64,000 bases of DNA, from the NCBI GenBank assembly GCA_038143065.1, contig JAYQLI010000035.1, positions 608,001-672,000 on the forward strand, given 5' to 3'. The DNA is from Rhodospirillales bacterium. Its GTDB lineage: Bacteria; Pseudomonadota; Alphaproteobacteria; Bin95. The notes below the pieces were generated by a model. The model worked only from the letters and a program-made list of their open reading frames with translations. It ran no database searches and was not told the DNA's origin. The number at the start of each line of letters is the position of its first letter. Within the stretch, counting starts at the first letter, position 1. The position numbers and the translations under genes are program-made. Shown piece by piece: positions 55,862 to 64,000 of this stretch.

Positions 55862-56317
55862 ATGGAAAAACCCCGATTTGCCGAGGATTTCCATGCTGGA
55901 CAAGTATTTAATCTGGGGAGCAAATCGGTCACTAAAGAGGAAATTATCGCTTTTGCTCAAAGGTATGACCCCTTTCCATTTCACCTAGATGATGAAGAAG
56001 GATCTAAAACTGTCTTTGGAGGGATAATCTCAAGTGGTTGGCAAACCGCCTTAATCTGGTTGGAAATGATGCATGAAAACATCCTAGACTATACAACAAT
56101 AATGGGATCACCAGGTCACGATGCCCTCAATTGGAAGACTCCTGTACGACCGGGAGACACTCTCTCGGGCTCTATGGAGATACTTGACACCAAATTATCA
56201 AAAAGCCGGCCAGAAATTGGTTTCGTAAAATACAAAGCACAATTGGTTAATCAAAAAAATGAACAAGTATTTTTTACTGAAAGCACACTGATCATAAAAA
56301 CACAGCAAGCAACCTGA
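55862..56317 (+). CDS. MaoC-like dehydratase
   Basis: FAQRYDPFPFHLD, GIISSGWQT and PVRPGDTL. Confidence 0.88.
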   Translation: MEKPRFAEDFHAGQVFNLGSKSVTKEEIIAFAQRYDPFPFHLDDEEGSKTVFGGIISSGWQTALIWLEMMHENILDYTTIMGSPGHDALNWKTPVRPGDTLSGSMEILDTKLSKSRPEIGFVKYKAQLVNQKNEQVFFTESTLIIKTQQAT

Positions 56318-56399
56318 ACCTTTGCTAGCTTCAAAATAAGATTATCTGCTGCTTTCGCAAAAAGAATGCCGGTTCAAAAAAACTTTTTAAAATTACCAA

Positions 56400-57068
56400 T
56401 CAGTTTTGAACGAGCTCTTCTATAGAATCACTGCGAGCGATCATCATTTTATCTATCAAATCGACAAATAATCCATGGGCAACAATCCCTGGTGTCATAT
56501 TTAGAAGTACATCAAGCTCATAAGGGTCTTCAATCACATTGAATGCTGCATCAATAATCCAATGTCCTTCATCAGATACAAAAGGCATTCCACCGCTCAT
56601 ACGAATTTCAGATGTAGCCCCTAAATCCAAAATTTTTCTTTGAATAGCTGGGCTTGCAAAAGGAGAAACCTCGATTGGTAAGGGAAATGCCCCAAGTTGG
56701 GTTTTCAGTTTTGAAGAGTCGCCAATGCACACAACCATTTCAGAAATACCGGCAACAATTTTTTCTCGCATAAGCGCACCACCACCACCCTTGATGGCAT
56801 TTAAATCAGAATCAACTTCATCAACACCATCGACAGTCAAATCTACCTTTTTGATATTTTCTAACCCCACCACATGTAAACCAAGTGACGTTGCCAAAGC
56901 AGCAGTAGCCTCGGAGGTTGCAACACAGCGCGGCATAAGATCTTTTTTTGCTAATGCTTTAATAAAGAATGCGGCAGTTGACCCTGTGCCGAGTCCAATG
57001 GTCATGTCCGGTCGAACAAGCTCTGCAGCTGCTTTCCCTACACGTTCTTTTTGATCATCTTGCATCAT
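56400..57068 (-). CDS. rpiA: Ribose-5-phosphate isomerase A
   Basis: GLGTGST, DGVDEVD and KGGGGALMREK. Confidence 0.95.
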   Translation of the reverse strand: MMQDDQKERVGKAAAELVRPDMTIGLGTGSTAAFFIKALAKKDLMPRCVATSEATAALATSLGLHVVGLENIKKVDLTVDGVDEVDSDLNAIKGGGGALMREKIVAGISEMVVCIGDSSKLKTQLGAFPLPIEVSPFASPAIQRKILDLGATSEIRMSGGMPFVSDEGHWIIDAAFNVIEDPYELDVLLNMTPGIVAHGLFVDLIDKMMIARSDSIEELVQN

Positions 57069-57148
57069 TCAGATCCAACCAATTCTCTCGAAAATTAACA
57101 TCGTAAAAAGCTTCAACTTAACCCATAGGCGTTATTGAATTCGTGCCG

Positions 57149-58890
57149 TCAATTCGCAAGGGCAGCATCTTCGATTATCAACCTAGCCTCATCCCTTCCC
57201 CGCCATGTATTAATTTCAATTCGACCAATCACATGGATAACTGCTGGTCGCGATTGAAGAAAATCCCCAAGAGGTGAACCAATACTTCGGAACGACATAG
57301 CCGAGATACTAAAACCGTCAGGCCCTTCTAACCGGATTGCTAGATGCGAATTCTTAATCACACGCAAATCTTTTAACCTCACGCCTGCTACAGCAAACCT
57401 AGGCTCAGGGTTACCCATACCAAACGGGGATAACTTCTCTAAAGCGTTTGCCGCAGCATACGCGCCCTTAGGGCCAATGACCGCGTCTATTCTTATTGAA
57501 ACTTCCTCAGCTGCTTTATCAATATTTTCCGAAAGCTTAGAGGACAAAACCTCCACAAAACTCTTGAAACCTTCCTCCGCAACACGAAATCCCGCGGCCA
57601 TATTGTGGCCACCACCTGAAATTAATAATCCTTCTTCGCGGAGGTCAATTATCGCAGGACCTAAAGCTACCCCAGAAACTGACCTACCTGAACCAGTAGC
57701 AATCCCATCTTCAATTGCGGCAACCAGGGCGGGTCTTTTGAAACGCTCAACCAAGCGACTTGCAACAATCCCAACAACTCCTTGCCGCCACCCTGCACTT
57801 GAAACAGCGATTACCTTGGCCCCGCTATCGGCTTGAACGTCAGCTTGTTCTAGAGCTTGGTCAAACACAGACCGCTCAATTTGCTGACGTTGACGATTGA
57901 GATTATCCAGCTCGGAGGCAATCATTGCAGCTTCCTCTGGATCATCCGTTGAAAGAAGACGCACCCCAAGTTCGCTGCGGCCTATTCGCCCTCCAGCATT
58001 GATCCTTGGGCCTATCACAAATCCCATATGGGACGCTTTGGGTGCGCCCTGCACTCCACCTACCCTTAGCAACTCAGCAATACCCAGCTTCGGGTTAATA
58101 GCCATTACGCGGAGGCCTTGCGCCACTAGTGCTCGATTGACACCTGTTAAAGAAGCAACATCTGCGACGGTACCAAGAGCAACCAAATCTAGAAAATTCA
58201 TCAGATCAATATCGACCTTAAGTTTTCGTCGAAGCGCTACAACAAAAGAAAAACTACTCCCACAGCAGCAAGTTGAGTGTGAGGGCTGATTTCGTCTGCT
58301 CGGTTAGGGTTAACAACTGCGACAGCATTTGGTGTGGCTTCTGCGCCTACATGATGGTCTAGAACTATGACATCAAGGCCAACTTCATTGGCAGCATCAA
58401 TGGCTTCAAATGCAGTAGCTCCGCAATCAAGGGTCAATACTAAGTTACAACCTGACTCCTTAAGATAATTCATAGCGGCTGGATTAGGGCCATACCCCTC
58501 TTTCTCGCGGTCCGGCACGTAAACCAACACATCTGCGCCTAGAACGGACAAAAACCTCTGGAGAAGCGCTCCTGATGTAGCGCCGTCAACATCATAATCG
58601 GCGAATATTGCAATGCGTTCATTGCTCTGAAGAGCCGCTTCGACCCTCTCAACAGCTCTGTCCATATCAAGAAAAGTTAAAGGATCGGGAAGCTGATCTC
58701 GCAGCCGCGGCGACAAGAAAGCTGCCGCTTCCTGTTTGTTCTGAATACGGGCTGCTAATACATTGGCAACGCCGTCTGGAAGATCAAACTGCCTTGCATA
58801 AAATTCAGCGAGACGAGAGTCGCTAATTACAGAGACCCAAGCTTTGCCACTAGCCGACTTTTCAACATTTAACGCGTATTTTGAGACCAA
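57149..58890 (-). CDS. recJ: ssDNA exonuclease RecJ (frameshift ~58245)
   Basis: DYDVDG, DCG, DHH, LGTVAD, PRINAGGR and GGH. Confidence 0.95.
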
Positions 58891-58904
58891 ATAGAAAACC
58901 TTAC

Positions 58905-59878
58905 TCAGTCAAACATCGATTTCCGTTCAAAATTATGAAAGGTTTCAATTTTACGAACGGTACCAGTCTTTGAACGCATTACAAGTGATTGGGTGCTTAC
59001 ACCTTTACCTTTTCTGCGAACACCCGCGAGCATAGAGCCACTAGTTACCCCAGTGGCTGCAAACATCACATCCCCAGATGCTAGCTCTTCGAGATTGTAT
59101 TTCCTATTTAGATCTTCAACGCCAATTCGATGTGCGCGTCCGCGTTCATCGTCATTGCGGAATATCAATCGGCCTTGAAATTGGCCGCCTATGCAACGAA
59201 GCGCGGCCGCGGCTAACACACCCTCAGGAGCACCGCCAGAGCCCATGTAAATATCGACACCACTCTCTACATTTGTTGTCGCAATCACTCCGGAAACATC
59301 CCCATCAGAAATGAGCATTATACGCGCTCCAGAGTTTCTAACTTCCTCAATCAATTCCTGATGACGTGGGCGATCTAGAATACAGGCGACAAGGTCCTCT
59401 ACTTTAACACCACGCGCATCGGCCAAATTATTAAGATTTTGTGTGGGGCTGTTGTCTAGATCTATCACGCCCGCAGGCAGACCCGGACCTACGCCAATTT
59501 TGTCCATGTACACGTCAGGTGCATGTAAAAACCACCATCATCTGCCATAGCAATAACGGCTAACGCATTAGCACCACCTTTGGCGGTTATAGTAGTACCT
59601 TCCAAGGGGTCTAGAGCAATGTCAATTTTTGGACCTCTACCAGTTCCAACCTTCTCACCGATATAGAGCATGGGCGCTTCATCACGCTCGCCCTCACCTA
59701 TTACTACTTTCCCATCTATATCTAATGAGTTTAGGGCCTGACGCATTGCATCAACTGCCGCCTGATCTGCAGCTTTTTCATCCCCGCGCCCCATGAGCCG
59801 TGATGCCGCAAGCGCCGCAAATTCTGTCACACGAACAGCTTCAAGCGCCAGGTTACGGTCCATTTTTTCTTCAGACAT
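58905..59878 (-). CDS. glpX: Class II fructose-1,6-bisphosphatase (frameshift ~59527)
   Basis: [22 protein letters not shown] and [13 protein letters not shown]. Confidence 0.95.
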
Positions 59879-59910
59879 TTTTAAATTTCCTTCAACCGAT
59901 CAGACTGCGG

Positions 59911-61197
59911 TCACAGCGATTCTATGCGCATTAAAATAGGCGTTTCCGCAACAGTGGCCAATGCACCAAGTTGCTCCACCACCTTACGGATTGTGCTCTC
60001 ATTAGTATCGTGAGTCGTCATAACCACCGGAACTGCTTCGTCAGGTTGGCGACCATGCTGTAGGAATGACTCAATTGATACTCCATTCTTTCCGAATATC
60101 GAAGCCATTTCAGCTATGACACCAGGGCGATCAATTACCGTCACTCGTATGTAAAATGATCCTGCTCGAGCTGAAACTGGAGCAACGGACAGTTCTTTGA
60201 GTGATGAAGCCGCCTCTCCAAATCCTCGAGCTCCTCTTCCGCTAGCTATATCAACAATATCACCAAGAACTGCAGAAGCTGTTGCTCCTCCTCCTGCGCC
60301 AGGACCAACCAGTAAGGATTGTCCTACAGGGGAGCCCTCAATCAGCACTGCATTGGTTACACCATCAATACGTGCCAAAGGGTGCGCTTTTGGTGTCATG
60401 CACGCTGACACCCTTTGCATCACCCCGTCCTTTGTTCTTTCCGCAACACCGATAAGTCGGATTTGATACCCAAGCTCTTTTGCAAACCTGATATCCAAAT
60501 CAGTTACATATCTCACTCCAGAAGTATCAACAGAGTCGAAGTTAGGAGCACCACCAAATGCTATTGCGGCAAGGATTGAGAGCTTTTGCGCTGCATCAAC
60601 TCCATCAATATCAAAAGCTGGATCAGCTTCTGCATAACCCTTAGCCTGTGCTTCTTTTAGAACATCATCAAAGGATCTGCCTGTTTCAGACATCTCTGTA
60701 ACGATATAGTTGCAGGTACCATTCAAAATCCCAGATACCCGATCAATTCGATTTCCAGCCAACCCTTCCTTGAGAGCCTTTAGGGCAGGAATTCCTCCTG
60801 CAACTGCCGCTTCTAAAGCCAAAGTAACGTTCATACTTTCAGCTATCGCAGCAAGCCTTGCCCCATGACGAGCAATCATTGCCTTATTTGCTGTAACCAA
60901 ATGCTTGCCGGCCTTCAGGGCTGCCTCTGCAACTTCCAGGGCAATACCATCTTCTCCACCGACCAGCTCGACAACAACATCGATATTGGGACTAGTTGCC
61001 AACTCTATTGGGTCGTCTCGCCAAAGATATTCCTGAACGTCGAAACCTCGATCTCTGCTTTTATCCCTCGCAGAGACTTCAAGTATTTCAACCTTCTGGC
61101 CAGACCTTTCTTCGATGACATTCGAATGATTTTTAAGGGTTTGAAGGGTTTCCGCCCCAACTACGCCTAATCCTATAACCCCCAACCGAATGGTCAT
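59911..61197 (-). CDS. hom: Homoserine dehydrogenase with C-terminal ACT domain
   Basis: GLGVVG, VTANKA, GILNGTCNY, GYAEADP and DRPGVIA. Confidence 0.96.
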   Translation of the reverse strand: MTIRLGVIGLGVVGAETLQTLKNHSNVIEERSGQKVEILEVSARDKSRDRGFDVQEYLWRDDPIELATSPNIDVVVELVGGEDGIALEVAEAALKAGKHLVTANKAMIARHGARLAAIAESMNVTLALEAAVAGGIPALKALKEGLAGNRIDRVSGILNGTCNYIVTEMSETGRSFDDVLKEAQAKGYAEADPAFDIDGVDAAQKLSILAAIAFGGAPNFDSVDTSGVRYVTDLDIRFAKELGYQIRLIGVAERTKDGVMQRVSACMTPKAHPLARIDGVTNAVLIEGSPVGQSLLVGPGAGGGATASAVLGDIVDIASGRGARGFGEAASSLKELSVAPVSARAGSFYIRVTVIDRPGVIAEMASIFGKNGVSIESFLQHGRQPDEAVPVVMTTHDTNESTIRKVVEQLGALATVAETPILMRIESL

Positions 61198-62438
61198 TTT
61201 GATGCCTCCGCAATCCTTGCATCCTGTCGTTTTGCCATTTCCATCGCATCTTTAGGGTCTCTAACTTTGCTCAGGAATTGTTTAATACCGCGCGACGCTT
61301 GACGTATACGTTGCCTATTCTCAACAAGCGCTAAACGCACATATCCTTCACCTCGTTCTCCAAAACCCACTCCAGGTGAAACTGCTACATCTGCCTCCTC
61401 AAGTAGCAACTTAGAGAACCCCAAACAGCCAAGTTCCTGGAACTGCTCTGGTATAGGAGCCCAAGCAAACATGGTTGCGGGTGGTGGAGGCACCTCCCAA
61501 CCAGCCTGCCCAAAAGCGTCGACCATTACGTTTCGTCGCTCCCTGTAGAGATTGCGAGCATCTTCAACACAGTCTTGTGGTCCATTGAGAGCAGCAGCCG
61601 CCGCAACCTGGATAGGAGTGAAGGCACCATAATCAAGATACGATTTTACTCTAGCAAGAGCACCTACAAGCTCTCTATTGCCAACACCATAACCAACACG
61701 CCAACCTGGCATTGAGTAGGTTTTAGAGAGCGAGCCAAACTCTACGGCGATATCAATGGCTCCAGGTACCTGCAGAATAGAGGGAGGTGGCGTCTCGTCA
61801 AAATAAATTTCAGAGTAGGCTAAATCTGACACAACGAAAATTTGGTGTTTTTTTGCAAACGCTATTACGTCTTTATAAAAATCAAGATCTGCAGTGAGAG
61901 CAGTAGGATTTGATGGATAACTAAGTAGTAGTGCTGTTGGCGGTGGAACCGCATGACGAACGGCACGCTCTAGCTCTGTAAAGAAAGATGCGTCCGGCTT
62001 TACGGACACATGCCAGAGAGATGCCCCTGCAATAACGAAACCGAATGCATGAATTGGATAGCTAGGATTAGGTGCCAGTATAATGTCACCAGGAGAAGTT
62101 ATCGCTTGAGCTAGATTGGCCAAGCCCTCCTTAGACCCCAAAGTAACTACAACTTCACTTTCTGGATCCAAAGTGACATCAAAGCGGCGATCGTAATATC
62201 CAGCGATAGCGCGCCTAAGCCCTGGGATGCCTTTCGAACTTGAATACCGATGCGTTCGACCATCACGCACGGTTTCCGTTAGTTTATCAACAATATGCTG
62301 AGGCGTAGCTGAGTCTGGATTACCCATACCAAAATCAATGATATCTCTACCAGACTTCCGTGCTGCTGCTTTCATCGCGTTTACTTCAGCGAATAAATAT
62401 GGCGGCAGACGACGTATTTTATGAAATTGAAAGCTCAT
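61194..62438 (-). CDS. Class I/II PLP aminotransferase, AlaC/LL-DAP aminotransferase-like
   Basis: RLPPYLF, GMGNPD, GSKEG and SLSKTYSMPGWRVG; immediately upstream of hom. Confidence 0.88.
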   Translation of the reverse strand: MSFQFHKIRRLPPYLFAEVNAMKAAARKSGRDIIDFGMGNPDSATPQHIVDKLTETVRDGRTHRYSSSKGIPGLRRAIAGYYDRRFDVTLDPESEVVVTLGSKEGLANLAQAITSPGDIILAPNPSYPIHAFGFVIAGASLWHVSVKPDASFFTELERAVRHAVPPPTALLLSYPSNPTALTADLDFYKDVIAFAKKHQIFVVSDLAYSEIYFDETPPPSILQVPGAIDIAVEFGSLSKTYSMPGWRVGYGVGNRELVGALARVKSYLDYGAFTPIQVAAAAALNGPQDCVEDARNLYRERRNVMVDAFGQAGWEVPPPPATMFAWAPIPEQFQELGCLGFSKLLLEEADVAVSPGVGFGERGEGYVRLALVENRQRIRQASRGIKQFLSKVRDPKDAMEMAKRQDARIAEASK

Positions 62439-62492
62439 AGTTTAAACAAATCCAATGCCACATGGGGCGTGTTAAATGGAGGAATAACCCCT

Positions 62493-62939
62493 TCAGCGCT
62501 CAAGGTATAGCTCTACGTTCGAAACAACATCTGCTGAATGCGAAAAAATTAAAAGTTTAACACTTACCCCTACCGCTTCTAGCTGTCGGACAATATCTGT
62601 CAGGGCGCTGTCGGACACCTCGCTAGATGAAAGAATTACCAGAGTCTTTTTACCCTCCGAAACCAACCCCTTCACTCGATTTATCGAATCCTCGTTTAAA
62701 GTCTGCTCCCCTCTTAGAGAAACAATTTGCAACGGGTTGACTAAGAGGGTTTCTTTGATGCTCTTCTTTGGTCTTGGTTTCGAAGCAGCCAAAATCTTTG
62801 CTTGGCGAACAAAAGCCATTTCTCTCGCCTCAAGCATGGAGGAAGGCACTTTATTTGGCGCAGAGCCTAAACTTGGGTAATCGCCGCGACAGCCAGCCGC
62901 AACGGCTAAAATCATAAATAACGTTGCAAATACTTGCAT
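62493..62939 (-). CDS. Hypothetical lipoprotein
   Basis: Hydrophobic leader ending in lipobox-like AAG-C; 148-aa open frame. Confidence 0.6.
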   Translation of the reverse strand: MQVFATLFMILAVAAGCRGDYPSLGSAPNKVPSSMLEAREMAFVRQAKILAASKPRPKKSIKETLLVNPLQIVSLRGEQTLNEDSINRVKGLVSEGKKTLVILSSSEVSDSALTDIVRQLEAVGVSVKLLIFSHSADVVSNVELYLER

Positions 62940-62991
62940 TTTAACACATCTATTTGTTGTTTGCTGCAGCGCAGCATTTTTGGAGGGACCA

Positions 62992-64000
62992 ATGAATACT
63001 AGCCCAGAGCAGACTTCTCAGGAAGCATTGAGCCGCCTTGCACAAGAGCTAACCGACATTGCCGAGCGGAGCCAGAGATTAATCGCTGATTTCACTGAAA
63101 ATGCAGATAAATTAAATACTGGTGAAACACAGCAGGAATTTATGCTTATCGGGCAAACGTTCATGCAGTATGCGATGAAGCTTGCAGAAAACCCAATACA
63201 GATGATCGAAGCTCAGGCGGATCTATGGGCACAGTATTCCACTCTCTGGCAGAACACGCTCCAACGAATGACTGGAAATGAAGCTGAACCTGTAGCTACT
63301 CCGGACGCTGGCGACCGCCGCTTTAAAGACTCAGAATGGTCAAACAACATAATTTTTGACTACATAAAACAATCGTATCTTCTAACTTCACGATGGTTAG
63401 TGGATCAAACGGGGCATGCTGAAGGGCTTGAGCCCCATCTTGCGAAAAAGGTAGATTTCTTTACCCGCCAATTTGTTGACGCAATATCCCCAACAAATTT
63501 TGTAGCAACCAACCCAACTGTTCTCAAAGAAACACTTGAGACACGAGGAGAAAATCTGCTCAAAGGCCTGCAAAATATCCTAAACGATATGGAACGCGGG
63601 CATGGGCAGCTTCGTATTAGCCAAACAGATATGGAGGCATTTTCTGTTGGAGAGAATATCGCAGTAACTCCGGGCCAAGTCGTTTTCCAGAACGAATTAA
63701 TGCAATTGATACATTACGAGCCCACTACTGAAACCCAATTTGAAACACCTTTGTTGATAATTCCGCCATGGATCAACAAATTTTATATCCTCGACCTCCG
63801 TCCAGAAAACTCATTTATTAAATGGGCTACAGATCAAGGTCACAGTGTCTATGTAATCTCTTGGATAAATCCAACAGAAGAACTGAGACACAAAGACTTT
63901 ACTTCTTACATGATGGACGGCCCTCTTGCCGCATTAGAAGCCATCAAGACAGATATAGGCATACAGAAGGTAAACGCGATTGGGTATTGCTTAGGGGGTA
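62992..64000 (+). CDS. phaC: Class I polyhydroxyalkanoate synthase (3' end runs off window)
   Basis: Absent from the ORF track. Reads DRRFKDSEW, DAISPTNF, TPGQVVFQNELMQLI, PPWINKFYILDL and catalytic GYCLGG at the window end. Confidence 0.95.
   Translation, partial: MNTSPEQTSQEALSRLAQELTDIAERSQRLIADFTENADKLNTGETQQEFMLIGQTFMQYAMKLAENPIQMIEAQADLWAQYSTLWQNTLQRMTGNEAEPVATPDAGDRRFKDSEWSNNIIFDYIKQSYLLTSRWLVDQTGHAEGLEPHLAKKVDFFTRQFVDAISPTNFVATNPTVLKETLETRGENLLKGLQNILNDMERGHGQLRISQTDMEAFSVGENIAVTPGQVVFQNELMQLIHYEPTTETQFETPLLIIPPWINKFYILDLRPENSFIKWATDQGHSVYVISWINPTEELRHKDFTSYMMDGPLAALEAIKTDIGIQKVNAIGYCLGG

Overview
Chromosomal window from a moderately AT-rich alphaproteobacterium, probably a marine Rhodospirillales-like lineage (inferred from the hom-glpX-recJ, alaC/phaC, rlmE-guaB-guaA and rluB-rsmD gene orders). 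About 20 genes, many of them housekeeping, are broken by 1-nt indels mostly in homopolymers, so this looks like an unpolished long-read assembly rather than real gene decay. Besides housekeeping and small-molecule catabolic genes it holds a gapdh-arsJ arsenate module and a cobalamin-riboswitch-led btuB-F-C-D-tonB operon. The standout is a 10.3-kb, 7-gene cluster (26378-36718). After frameshift repair it encodes a tetraheme, a decaheme and a pentaheme c-type cytochrome (19 CxxCH in total), a tandem cNMP-binding/4x[4Fe-4S] fusion, a bis-His diheme-b-type membrane protein, an outer-membrane beta-barrel and a membrane-anchored FAD/NAD(P)H-[2Fe-2S] reductase. Together these suggest a cyclic-nucleotide-controlled electron conduit from cytoplasm to outer membrane that matches no characterized system I know. 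No CRISPR, rRNA, tRNA or IS element was seen.
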